Under the pieces are notes generated by a model that saw only the letters and a list, made by a program, of their open reading frames with translations, had not been told where the DNA came from and made no database searches. Shown here one piece after another: positions 48,905 through 58,084 of a DNA stretch of 64,000 nt. The number at the start of each line of letters is the position of its first letter. The first letter of the stretch is position 1. The stretch covers positions 64,001 through 128,000 of the forward strand of contig JBKAGE010000080.1 of the NCBI GenBank assembly GCA_046290225.1. The letters are read 5' to 3'. Source of the stretch: Bradymonadia bacterium. GTDB taxonomy: Bacteria > Myxococcota_A > Bradymonadia > UBA7976 > UBA1532. A program made the position numbers and the translations under genes.

Positions 48905-50167
48905 ATGACGACTCAAACCCTGCGCGAGGCGCCCATGAAGAAGTTGTACGACAGCACGGCTGGCCGCCTCTTTTCTCTCTCTCGGCGAAAGGGCGCCCCT
49001 CAGGCGTTGCTGGTGACTGCCTGGTTCCCCCCAGCCGTGGGTGGCAGTTGCGTGTTGTACGAGAACATCTACGGGTGGATGGCGCAGGAACGCGACGTGC
49101 CCGTGCAGGTCCTCACCGACGAGGTCCTGTCTCCGGGCGCCGACGGGCCCTTCGCCGGCATGCAGGTGCAGCGACGACCCATCCAGACGTTGGAGTGGGG
49201 GGTCACCGACTTCAAGGGCAGCATGCACCACCTCTCGGTGGTGAAGCGCATGCGACAGCTCTCTCGCGGACAGAAGACTGTGATCCACACGGGACGCGGG
49301 CTCCCCGAAGGCCTGTGGGCCTGGGCCAACCGCTACCTCGGCGGCGGCGCCCCCTATGTGTGCTGGGCCCATGGTGAGGAGATGTCTTTCTGCGCCGACT
49401 CCCGTGAGCTGGCCATGCTGATGCGCCCTGCGTATGGCGGCGCCGCCTTCTGCATCGCCAACAGCAAGAACAGCGGCAGTCTGCTCGAAGGCATCGGCGT
49501 GCCCTCGAAGCGCATCAAGGTGGTCTACCCCGGGGTGAACCTCGACTACTTCAACCCTGAAGATCACGACGGCTCAGCCATCAGGGCCCGCTACGCCCCG
49601 AACCCCGACGACATCTTGATGCTCACTGTGGGCCGTCTGCAGCGGCGCAAGGGCCACGACATGGCCATCAAGGCAGTGGCCCGTCTCAAGGACTCACACC
49701 CCAACCTCAAATACGTGATCCTGAGCGATGGTGAGGAGCGAGAGAACCTGCAGCAGCTCATCGACACGCACGATCTCGGCGATCGGGTGTTCCTCGTGGG
49801 CCAGATCGAGTGGGCCGACATGCCCAAGTACTACGCAGCCTGCGATCTGTTTGTGATGCCCAACCGCGACGATGGCTCTGATCTCGAAGGCTTCGGCATC
49901 GTCTTCATCGAGGCCCAGTCCATGGGGGTGCCGGTCATCGGCGGCCGCAGCGGTGGTGTGCCAGAGGCTGTGGGTGAAGGCGAAGTGGGCTTCCTCGCTG
50001 ATGGCACTGACGCTGAAGACATCGCCCACCACATCGCTCGTCTGGCGGACGACGAGGCCCTCCGACGTCGCTTCGGTGACGCGGGCAAGATCCGAGCGCG
50101 CCGCTTCACGTGGCAATCGGCAGCACAGCAGGTGTTGGACATTCACGAGGCAGCAGCAGAGACCTGA
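48905..50167 (+). CDS. Glycosyltransferase family 4 (GT-B)
   Basis: FPPAVGG, HGEE, VGRLQRRKG, EGFGIVFIEA, GGVPEAV. Confidence 0.92.
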   Translation: MTTQTLREAPMKKLYDSTAGRLFSLSRRKGAPQALLVTAWFPPAVGGSCVLYENIYGWMAQERDVPVQVLTDEVLSPGADGPFAGMQVQRRPIQTLEWGVTDFKGSMHHLSVVKRMRQLSRGQKTVIHTGRGLPEGLWAWANRYLGGGAPYVCWAHGEEMSFCADSRELAMLMRPAYGGAAFCIANSKNSGSLLEGIGVPSKRIKVVYPGVNLDYFNPEDHDGSAIRARYAPNPDDILMLTVGRLQRRKGHDMAIKAVARLKDSHPNLKYVILSDGEERENLQQLIDTHDLGDRVFLVGQIEWADMPKYYAACDLFVMPNRDDGSDLEGFGIVFIEAQSMGVPVIGGRSGGVPEAVGEGEVGFLADGTDAEDIAHHIARLADDEALRRRFGDAGKIRARRFTWQSAAQQVLDIHEAAAET

Positions 50168-50172
50168 TGGTG

Positions 50173-50585
50173 GAGCGGACGGCCGTGCTTGCGCACCGCC
50201 TGTAGTGGACGGCCGTGCTGCGCACCGCCTGTAGCGGACGCCTGAACCAGCTGCGCCTTGCAGAGCTGTAGCGGACGCCGAGTCTGCCTTCGGCAGCCTG
50301 AGCTGTAGCTTTCTAAGAGACTTTTGGTGTGGCTGGTGGGTTTCTCAACCCAGGTAGGGGCTTACGCCGGAAGTGGTCTGTCAGGGGCCAACAGCGTCTG
50401 CGGAAGATGAATCTACACACGCCCCCCTCAACTGATCTTCAAACAGCTACAGGGAATTTGCCGGAGGCAAATGAGCGCCCGCTACAGCTCTGAGCCAGCG
50501 TAGCTGGTTCAGGCGTCCGCTACAGGCTGTCGCCGTAAGGCGATGACCGTCCGCTACAGGCGGCCCAAAGGGCGGCCGTCCGCTC
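50173..50585. repeat. Modular REP-like fold-back element, copy B (inverted relative to copy A)
   Basis: Perfect 13-bp terminal inverted repeats GAGCGGACGGCCG / CGGCCGTCCGCTC; internal CTGTAGCGGACG modules; 134-bp core is the reverse complement of the copy A core with scattered substitutions. Confidence 0.92.
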
Positions 50586-50872
50586 AGCCCGCGATCCAGC
50601 CGAGCATGGCGGTCAACCCACACATCGCGACGCAACCGACAAGCAGGGTGCCTGCAGGGCCGGTGACATCGATCATTCGGGTGTAGCGTACATGCAAGGT
50701 CTTCAGGCTGCTCATCATCTCGCCTTTTGGGCAGTCGTTTCACCAGAGCGCTTAGCATGTGACATGCCAGATGGGCAGGTGTCGAGTTTTCAAGGGGATG
50801 GCGGCCTCGCCGTGAGGCCAATGCTTTTTAAAGCATCTTTTTTATCTACTGTGCTGTGATTTACAGCATCAT

Positions 50873-51346
50873 TCAGCCGTGGCTGCTGAGGCCTGTCAGA
50901 TGCTCCATCAGGCGCCTGATCTCGTCCGGCGTCACCGCGTCGGGCACCCAGTTGAGATTGCGGTGCACACGCTGCAAATGACGCAGGCGGGGCTGCTCTC
51001 GGGAGAAGTCGTAGGACAAGATGACCGGCACATCGCTGTGGCCGCCTTGTTTGAGGGCGTTCAAGATGAAGAGCCCCTGGTGATTGGCGAGATGGCGCCA
51101 GGCCCGGATGGGATCCCCATTGTGCTCCCGGGTGGCGGCGGCGTGATCTCCGAGCAAATCCCCCTCGGGGATGCGATCGAAGCGCATGTCGAGGTAGACG
51201 AGATCGATGGCCTCCCCAGGGCCTCGCTGCGACAGCCGGCTCAAGGCCGCAGCCCCGCTGTGCACCTGGATGTAGGTCGGCCCGGCGACGAACCGGCTCA
51301 GGTTGTCGAGATACTCGTCGCCGTCTTCGATGATCAGCACCTTCAC
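50873..51346 (-). CDS. Atypical single-domain response regulator receiver
   Basis: VKVLIIEDG...DLVYLDMRFD...QGLFILNAL...PVILS; GTGA overlap with the upstream gene. Confidence 0.75.
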   Translation of the reverse strand: MKVLIIEDGDEYLDNLSRFVAGPTYIQVHSGAAALSRLSQRGPGEAIDLVYLDMRFDRIPEGDLLGDHAAATREHNGDPIRAWRHLANHQGLFILNALKQGGHSDVPVILSYDFSREQPRLRHLQRVHRNLNWVPDAVTPDEIRRLMEHLTGLSSHG

Positions 51347-54264
51347 ATCAGGCTCCCTTCGAAGAGGTCTTCGTCGAAGCCCTCTTCTTCTTCTGCGTAT
51401 ACGCGGGGCAGCTTCACCACCACCGCCTTCTCCCAATCACCATCAGGCACCCGCACATCGAGAGTGCCCTCGTATCGAGAGACCTGCTCGCCGGTGAGGC
51501 CGAGCCCCTCTTCGATGAAGCGCCCCTGCAGCATCTGGGTGGTGAGGGTCTGCGGTGATCGATCCCTGATCAAGAACACCACCCGCTCGATGCCCGTGAT
51601 CATGTCCACCTCGACCTCGACGCCGAGGCCGATGGACAACGCCACCGGTGTGGACCCCTCACCGGGATCGTGCCCCTGGCCGTGACGCATGCCCGACTGC
51701 AGGGCGTTGCGAATCAGGTTGGCCAGGATGTCTTCGAATGGCCCCCGAGGAATACACACGCCGATGGGGAGCGGGGCGTGTACGTCGAGGTGCAGCGGCC
51801 CCACGACGGCTTCAGAGAAGCCTGGCTCCCGTACGGTGCGCTCGAAGATGTCTTCGAGCAGGCCTTCGTCCACGGTGAGTACTTTGAGCTGGTCGAGCAG
51901 ACGCCTGATCTCGCCGTAGCCGATCTCATTGAGCTGTGGCACTGCGCGGTTGAGCTGGCGGATGACGTCATCTCTGCGTTTGGGGGCCAGCGCCTCCACC
52001 CGGACGAGATCGGCGCTCACTCGAGAGAGCTGCTCGAACCCGGTGAGCAACGCCTTGAAGGCGGGATCTCGCCGCCTCAGGTTGAGCCGCAGCTTGTGAG
52101 CTCTGCCGATCTGGCGCAGCTGCTCGGCGTAGAGCTTCAGGCGGCCGTACACCCCCTCGTCTCCTCGGCGGGTGCCGAAGAGGCTGTGGCAGACATGGCG
52201 GGCCTTGTCACCGGCGGGCTGCCCCGCCTCGAGGGCGCTCACGAGGCCGGTGAGCACCATGGTGTTGTGCTTGAGCACCTCGTGGCGCACGGCAGACAGC
52301 ACCCGCTGCACATCGGGGCCAGTCTCGGGGTGCTCGGTGATCAGGGTGGCCAGATCGGTCCCCCCCCAGATACGCCGCCGCCACCCGAAAATGCCCACCC
52401 CGAGCAGCATCACGAGCCCGGCTCCCCAAATCGCCAGCCGCGTCAGGCGACCATCGACCGTGCCCTTGAGCTGCTCGGCCTCCTGCACCGACCACTCCGA
52501 GGCCCCGGCGCTGAGCACGTCTTTGAGGTGAGCGCGGGCTTCGAGCAGGGCGCCGAGGCCTCTCAAGTCGCCTACGGGGCCCCACGCGTCGGGGGCCTCT
52601 TCGAGGGCGACGCGGGCGAGGGACAGGGCCGCGTCGACTGATCCTCGCGCCCGGGCTCGGGCCCAGGCGGTGCGGGCGTCTTCGGGCCGATCGAGCTTCC
52701 ACAAGACCTGACCCATGAGGGCGTGGGTCTCAGGGCGCGCGTCATCGAGGGTCAAGGCGCGCTCCAGAGGCAGAATCGCCTCGGCCCAGCGCTCGGCGCT
52801 CACCAGTATCAGCGCCTCGAGGTTGAGCACCTCGGCCCCCCGATCCTCTTCGGGCAGCTGCTGCAAGGCCACCAGGGCTTCATCTGGACGCCCCTGGCTG
52901 AGCATGGCCCGAGCCGCCTTGAGAGTCGCGATCACCGAGCGATCGACAGGATCGCTCGCCGGCCCGGGCTCGAGGGGCTGATCGACCCCGTCGGGGAGCA
53001 CCCGCAGCAGCTCGGCCTTGAGGGCCTGGGCCCGCTCTCGCTGGGTGCCGCCGCCTTCGAGGTAGCGCTCCACATGGGCCAGGGCCCGAGGCAGGCGACC
53101 TGCGGCGCGACACGCCCGGGCCATGCTCAGGTTCAGCTCGATCCAATCAGGGCGAGCGTCGAGGGCGCGGCCGAGAAACAGGCGGGCTTCACCGGCACGC
53201 TCGGGGATGCTCAAGTACAGCCGCCCGAGGCGGGCATGAACCTCGGCGTCTCCCTGCTCGATGCTCATGGCCCGCAGCAGGGCCATCTCACCGGCCTTCA
53301 CCTCGCCGGCGGCCACTCTCAGGGCGCCGAGCTCGGACCAGGCCTTGGCATACTGCGGCGCCTGTGACAGGGCCTCGTCGAGCAACCGGCGGGCATCTTC
53401 TACGCGGCCCTGGCCGATCATGCGGGTGGCTTGCTCCACCAGCCCACGGGTCTGCACGGGGATCTCGTCGTCCGGGCCCGACCAGCCGAAGCGGCGCGCC
53501 GTGCGCTCCACCTCGATCTCACGGACCGCTTGACGGGCAGCCTCATATGCTGGCCCGCCGCGCTGGCCGGCGACGATCTCCTTGTACCAGCGCAGCGCCT
53601 CGTCCTCTTCGCCAAGGCTGCGGTGGAAGTCAGCGATCTCCTTACGATCTCCGTCTTCGAGGGGCGACGCCTTGGACAGCTCGCGGTAGAAGCGCCGGGC
53701 CTCTTCGGTGCGACCCTGTAGATCAGCCACCCGCGCCTGACGGCGGATGACGTCGGGGAAGTTGCCTTTGATGCCCCGGGCCTTCTGCAGCAACCTCGCC
53801 ACCTCGTCGAGGCGCTTGGGCGTCGACGGCCGCTCGAGGAGCAGATCGACGAGGTTGATGTGGGCCACATAGCGCTTGGGCGAGGCCTTGAGCGCCAAGC
53901 GGTAGTAACGCTCTGCGGCCTTGAGATCACCGAGCCGGTGATGCAGGTAGCCCGCGTTGTTGAGGATCTCGGGATCCTCCGGCGCCGCCTTGTAGGCTTG
54001 GCGAATCGCCCTCAGAGCCCCTGGGTAGTCACCGGCTTTGTAGAGGCGCAGGGCCCGCTTATTTTTGTCACGGGCGAGATTTCGAAAGGCGTTGTCGAAG
54101 TCTTTGAGCAGGGCCTTTCGATCGACCACGTCCGCGTCGGGCAGAGGGGACACAGGGGCTGTGAGCCCGGCGTCGAGGGCGTCGGAATCTGGGGCGGCCT
54201 TCTGAGCAGAGGCGACGAGGGGCAACCACGCCAGCACCACCCATGACCAACACCATCTGCTCAT
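51343..54264 (-). CDS. Periplasmic TPR-repeat, single-TM protein with degenerate histidine-kinase-like cytoplasmic module
   Basis: Signal peptide, many TPRs, TM (AIWGAGLVMLLGVGIFGW), VRHEVLKHN, N-box NLIRNAL, IRDRS, GLGL. Confidence 0.75.
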   Translation of the reverse strand: MSRWCWSWVVLAWLPLVASAQKAAPDSDALDAGLTAPVSPLPDADVVDRKALLKDFDNAFRNLARDKNKRALRLYKAGDYPGALRAIRQAYKAAPEDPEILNNAGYLHHRLGDLKAAERYYRLALKASPKRYVAHINLVDLLLERPSTPKRLDEVARLLQKARGIKGNFPDVIRRQARVADLQGRTEEARRFYRELSKASPLEDGDRKEIADFHRSLGEEDEALRWYKEIVAGQRGGPAYEAARQAVREIEVERTARRFGWSGPDDEIPVQTRGLVEQATRMIGQGRVEDARRLLDEALSQAPQYAKAWSELGALRVAAGEVKAGEMALLRAMSIEQGDAEVHARLGRLYLSIPERAGEARLFLGRALDARPDWIELNLSMARACRAAGRLPRALAHVERYLEGGGTQRERAQALKAELLRVLPDGVDQPLEPGPASDPVDRSVIATLKAARAMLSQGRPDEALVALQQLPEEDRGAEVLNLEALILVSAERWAEAILPLERALTLDDARPETHALMGQVLWKLDRPEDARTAWARARARGSVDAALSLARVALEEAPDAWGPVGDLRGLGALLEARAHLKDVLSAGASEWSVQEAEQLKGTVDGRLTRLAIWGAGLVMLLGVGIFGWRRRIWGGTDLATLITEHPETGPDVQRVLSAVRHEVLKHNTMVLTGLVSALEAGQPAGDKARHVCHSLFGTRRGDEGVYGRLKLYAEQLRQIGRAHKLRLNLRRRDPAFKALLTGFEQLSRVSADLVRVEALAPKRRDDVIRQLNRAVPQLNEIGYGEIRRLLDQLKVLTVDEGLLEDIFERTVREPGFSEAVVGPLHLDVHAPLPIGVCIPRGPFEDILANLIRNALQSGMRHGQGHDPGEGSTPVALSIGLGVEVEVDMITGIERVVFLIRDRSPQTLTTQMLQGRFIEEGLGLTGEQVSRYEGTLDVRVPDGDWEKAVVVKLPRVYAEEEEGFDEDLFEGSLM

Positions 54265-55934
54265 CTCGATCTCAGCTCCCTGACCTTCAAGCCGAGCTGG
54301 TTGAACCGCAAACGGACCGCTCGACCCTTCTCGCTGTCTCCCAGCAACCGGTGTGCCATCTGCGCAAAGTCCCCATCGGTCTGATGGAACAGCGCGGTGA
54401 GGTACTGACGTTCCACAGCGTTCGAAACACCATTGAGGGTGTCGGCAGGGGCGAGGGTGACGCCGAAGGCGTTCGGATCACCGGTAGAGGCCTGCTCGGC
54501 ACCTGCTGACGGCGCGAGCACCTCGGCGGCGGCGATGAGCTCGCTCACCAGCGTAGAGTCCACCTGCAAGCGGCGGGACTCCAAGGTGACCCCACCGTGT
54601 ACGGCGTCCACGGCGGCGACGAGGGTGAAGGTCACGAGGTTGTGCATGACCATGGCCAGCTCGCGCACGTTGCCGGGCCACCGGTGGGCGGCGAGGCGGC
54701 GCCAGGCCGGGTCGGGGATCGACAACAACAACGACTGGTCGAGGGCTCGACCTGCAGCTCCAGCGCCCTTGCCCCCCTTCTTCCGCACCACGAGGGCCAT
54801 GGGGGCATCTGCCGGCAATCCAGCGCTCCGGGCCACCACCGCCTTGAGCTCGATGTTGTCGGCGGCCTCGGCGGCCTGCGCCACGAAGCGTTGAGCCAGA
54901 AACAGCAGATCGGCTCTGCGGGCCCTCAGCGGCGGCAGGAGCACACGGGTGGCCGGCGACAAGCGCATGTAGAGGTCGGGGCGGAACTTCCCCTCGGCGA
55001 CGGCCTGAGCCAGGGGGGCGTTGCTCGCCACCACCACCTTCACGTCCACCACCCGCTCTTTCGACGCCCCGAGCGGGCGCACCCGGCCTTCCTGGAGCAC
55101 CCACAGCAGCTGCTTTTGCACCTCGAGGGGGATGTTCTGGATCTCGTCGATGAAGAGGGTGCCGCCGTGGGCCAGCTCGAAGACCCCTTTTCGGTCAGTC
55201 ACCGCCCCAGTGTACGCGCCCCGCAACGCCCCGAAGAGGTGGGCCGGGATCAGATCTCGGGGAATCGTCGACAGATCCACGGTGACAAAGGGCCCGGAGC
55301 GGCCGCTGTTGGCGTGTACGAAGCGCTCCGCAAGGAAGCTCTTGCCGGTGCCCGTCTCTCCTTCGACGATGATGGGCAGTCGGCCCCGAGCGAGGACCGA
55401 CAAGCGCCGGCGCAGCTGAGCCATCGCAGGATCTCGACCCCAGAGCAGGCCCGACTCTTCGAGACCTTGTGCGGCCTCCTGCAGCGCCGAGTGAATCCGA
55501 ATGCGCAGGGCGTCGAGATCCTCGCCGTCGAGGAAGTAGGTCATCGACTGACCCGCGAGATCGTCACCGAGGCCGCTGAGTGAGACATCTTCGAGGGCGG
55601 TGAGCAGCACCACAGGCAGGCTCGGGTACCGGGCCCGAATCGCCTTCAAGATGGCCAGACCCTGGAACCGTCGGGTCCGCCTCAGGCTCACCCCCTCCGC
55701 CAGGGGGAGCAGCCGATCTTCCGGCACGTCGAAGTGCAGGTCGAGCAAGGCCACGTCAACCTCTGCGGCCCGGGCCTCAAGGAACGCCAGAGCAGAAGGC
55801 CCGTCAGGCAGGCACTTCGCCGGATGCTCTCCGTTGAACCCGCTCGGATCGAGCAACGTGAACTCCGACATGCGGTGCTCCACCAGCTCGGCGTAGGCTT
55901 CTCCGTCATCTATGACCAGCACCCTGGGGCTCAT
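54261..55934 (-). CDS. Sigma-54-dependent response regulator (REC + AAA+)
   Basis: VLVIDD, DVALLD; GETGTGKS, GAYTGA, LFIDEI, FRPDLYMRL, WPGNVREL. Confidence 0.88.
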   Translation of the reverse strand: MSPRVLVIDDGEAYAELVEHRMSEFTLLDPSGFNGEHPAKCLPDGPSALAFLEARAAEVDVALLDLHFDVPEDRLLPLAEGVSLRRTRRFQGLAILKAIRARYPSLPVVLLTALEDVSLSGLGDDLAGQSMTYFLDGEDLDALRIRIHSALQEAAQGLEESGLLWGRDPAMAQLRRRLSVLARGRLPIIVEGETGTGKSFLAERFVHANSGRSGPFVTVDLSTIPRDLIPAHLFGALRGAYTGAVTDRKGVFELAHGGTLFIDEIQNIPLEVQKQLLWVLQEGRVRPLGASKERVVDVKVVVASNAPLAQAVAEGKFRPDLYMRLSPATRVLLPPLRARRADLLFLAQRFVAQAAEAADNIELKAVVARSAGLPADAPMALVVRKKGGKGAGAAGRALDQSLLLSIPDPAWRRLAAHRWPGNVRELAMVMHNLVTFTLVAAVDAVHGGVTLESRRLQVDSTLVSELIAAAEVLAPSAGAEQASTGDPNAFGVTLAPADTLNGVSNAVERQYLTALFHQTDGDFAQMAHRLLGDSEKGRAVRLRFNQLGLKVRELRSR

Positions 55935-56317
55935 CGGGCATGCACCTCGTCGGCGAGATCGCGGATCGCGTCGGCGACAGCGCTCATGTCGTCGAGGGCC
56001 CGCTGGCGATCGATGGGGGCAGAGTCGGCGAGGCTGGCTTCCCAGCCCAGTGCCTGACGCACCGCCGCTTCGAGGGGGGCGAAGGCGCTGAAGGCGCGCA
56101 GGGTCTCCCCCCCTTCGTCGACGATCTCCTGCCAGATCATGTGAGCCCCCCGCACGCCTCTGGGGGTGCGCCGTGTGCGCTTGATGGCCGTCTCGAGGGC
56201 CTCGCGCACCTCACCGTCGGTGGCCTCTGCAGGTAAGAAAGCCAGTGGCTGCCGCAGATATTTACCGAGGTCGTGCTGTAAATCGGCCACCAGATCGATC
56301 AGGTCATCGTGATGCAT
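55931..56317 (-). CDS. Small helical protein with H-box-like motif
   Basis: ADLQHDLGKYLRQPL resembles the HisKA H-box; translationally coupled on both sides. Confidence 0.65.
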   Translation of the reverse strand: MHHDDLIDLVADLQHDLGKYLRQPLAFLPAEATDGEVREALETAIKRTRRTPRGVRGAHMIWQEIVDEGGETLRAFSAFAPLEAAVRQALGWEASLADSAPIDRQRALDDMSAVADAIRDLADEVHAR

Positions 56318-57066
56318 CAGCTCTCCTGCTCCGTAGGGCGCATCAGGATGTCGTGAATCTGCGCGTGGGGTGGCTGGCCGAGGGCGTAGACCACCGCCTG
56401 GGCCACATCTTCACTCTGCAGACAGGTGTATTGACCATAGGTGGCCTCGGCGGCGGCGTCACTCTTGTGATAGTGGGCCGCGAAGCCCGTCTCGACATAG
56501 CCGGGGCTGATGGCGGTCACCCTGCTCTGACGCCCCGCCGCCCGCAGCTCGAGGCGCAGCCCCTCAGTGAGAGATCGCACGGCATATTTCGTCGCTGAGT
56601 ACACCCCACTCTCCAAGGGTACGCGATGGCCCGCCATGGAGGAGATGTGGATCACATGACCCTGATCACCTCGACGCGCTATGTCGGCGAGGGCCTCTCG
56701 CGTGCAGATGCACAGGGCGAGCACATTGACCTCGAGCATCTCTCGCCAGTGATGCGTCTGCCCTGTGGTCAGCGGCGCCTTGTGGCCCAGGCCGGCATTG
56801 TTCACCAGCACGTCCACACCGCCCCAGCGGGCTCTGATCGCCTCGAAGGCCTGCACGATCTGCGCTTCGTCTCTCAAATCGACCTGCTGAGGCACCACCC
56901 CCGGGGCCTCTTCAGCGAGAGACTCCAGGGCATCGAGGCGCCGAGCCCAGGCGGCCACGTGCATTCCGTGTGACGCGAGCAGCTTTGCCGTGGCCCGGCC
57001 GATGCCCCCAGAGGCTCCAGTGACCAGCGCCACCTGCCCTGACCAGCGCTCCATCCCAGTGCTCAT
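56317..57066 (-). CDS. Short-chain dehydrogenase/reductase (DHRS11-like, NADP-preferring)
   Basis: TGASGGIG, ARR, NNAG, ISSMAG, YSATK, SPGYVET. Confidence 0.92.
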   Translation of the reverse strand: MSTGMERWSGQVALVTGASGGIGRATAKLLASHGMHVAAWARRLDALESLAEEAPGVVPQQVDLRDEAQIVQAFEAIRARWGGVDVLVNNAGLGHKAPLTTGQTHHWREMLEVNVLALCICTREALADIARRGDQGHVIHISSMAGHRVPLESGVYSATKYAVRSLTEGLRLELRAAGRQSRVTAISPGYVETGFAAHYHKSDAAAEATYGQYTCLQSEDVAQAVVYALGQPPHAQIHDILMRPTEQES

Positions 57067-58004
57067 GGGCTCTCCTGCTTCACGAGGGGGGCCAGCTTCA
57101 GCGACTTCGCCATCTCGTCGAGGTGGATCGCGAGGCTTGGCGCCAGCGTACGGGCCCGACTGAGATCTTGATGGGCCCTGGATCGAGGCACGCCATTCGA
57201 GGTCTTCACCCGGGCGGCGAGAGACATGGCCAGGATCAAACGCCCCTGTTCCACGAGGAGCGGAGAGACCCCAGGCGACGCCATGGCTTGATCGAGGGCA
57301 TCGATGGCCGCGGTGAAGGCGCCACTGGCCACGGCCTCTTGCGCTCGGGCGTAAGCCAGGGCCCCGGGGATCGGGCCCAGGCTCTCCTCAGGGGCCCCTG
57401 CGGCGACGGCTTCTGCTCTGGGCACCGGGTTGAGTGCGTCGAGGGCCACTCGGATCTGCGTGTCGGGGCCATCTTTGATCCAGACCACCGTCCGACGGGC
57501 GATGCCGAAGTAACGCACCAGGCGCCCCACGGCCTGCGCTCGGGCCACAGGGGGGCCGAGCTCGAGCTTGCGCTCCATCTCTGCGAGTCGTCGATCGACG
57601 TTCACGCTCCTGGGGGCGCTGCTGGGATCGATGATGAGGGTTGCAGCGGCGAGGCGATCATCGACGAAGGAGAGCGAGGCCCTGGAAGGCAGCGAGCGAC
57701 ATCGCTTCGCTCGCTCGCAGCTGTACTCCAGGCGGGTGATTCGGCCGCTCTCATGCCGAGTCCACGTCGGATCAGCGGCAATGCCTTCACCGCGATCGGG
57801 GGCAAAGGCCACCTGCACCCGTTCGGCCGGGTCCCCGAGGCGCAGGCCCCACAACCCTGTGGGCACAGGGGCCTCGACGGCAGCTTTCTTCGGGGTCTTT
57901 TTTGGAGACTTCTTGCCCTTGCGCGCGCTCGCCGCGCCTGCGGAGAGCACCATCGTCAGGCCGATGAACACCCCTATGGATCTCGAGCACCACCACCTGG
58001 ACAC
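57063..58004 (-). CDS. Exported hypothetical protein
   Basis: AAGGAGG RBS, GTG start, signal peptide, C-terminal TPR-like helices; ATGA overlap with the SDR gene. Confidence 0.6.
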   Translation of the reverse strand: MSRWWCSRSIGVFIGLTMVLSAGAASARKGKKSPKKTPKKAAVEAPVPTGLWGLRLGDPAERVQVAFAPDRGEGIAADPTWTRHESGRITRLEYSCERAKRCRSLPSRASLSFVDDRLAAATLIIDPSSAPRSVNVDRRLAEMERKLELGPPVARAQAVGRLVRYFGIARRTVVWIKDGPDTQIRVALDALNPVPRAEAVAAGAPEESLGPIPGALAYARAQEAVASGAFTAAIDALDQAMASPGVSPLLVEQGRLILAMSLAARVKTSNGVPRSRAHQDLSRARTLAPSLAIHLDEMAKSLKLAPLVKQESP

Positions 58005-58084
58005 AACACCCTCCTTGTTGACCCCTCGCGCAAATGCCCGAGAGCAGGTATGTTGTTCCACATCCGTGGAGGTGTCGAGTCCGC

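Noticed and set aside
50803..50843. Possible intrinsic terminator (GGCCTC/GAGGCC and ATGCTTT/AAAGCAT plus T-run)
   Set aside because: The stem next to the T-run is AT-rich and weak, and lies over 600 bp from the nearest + strand gene; not supported enough to call.
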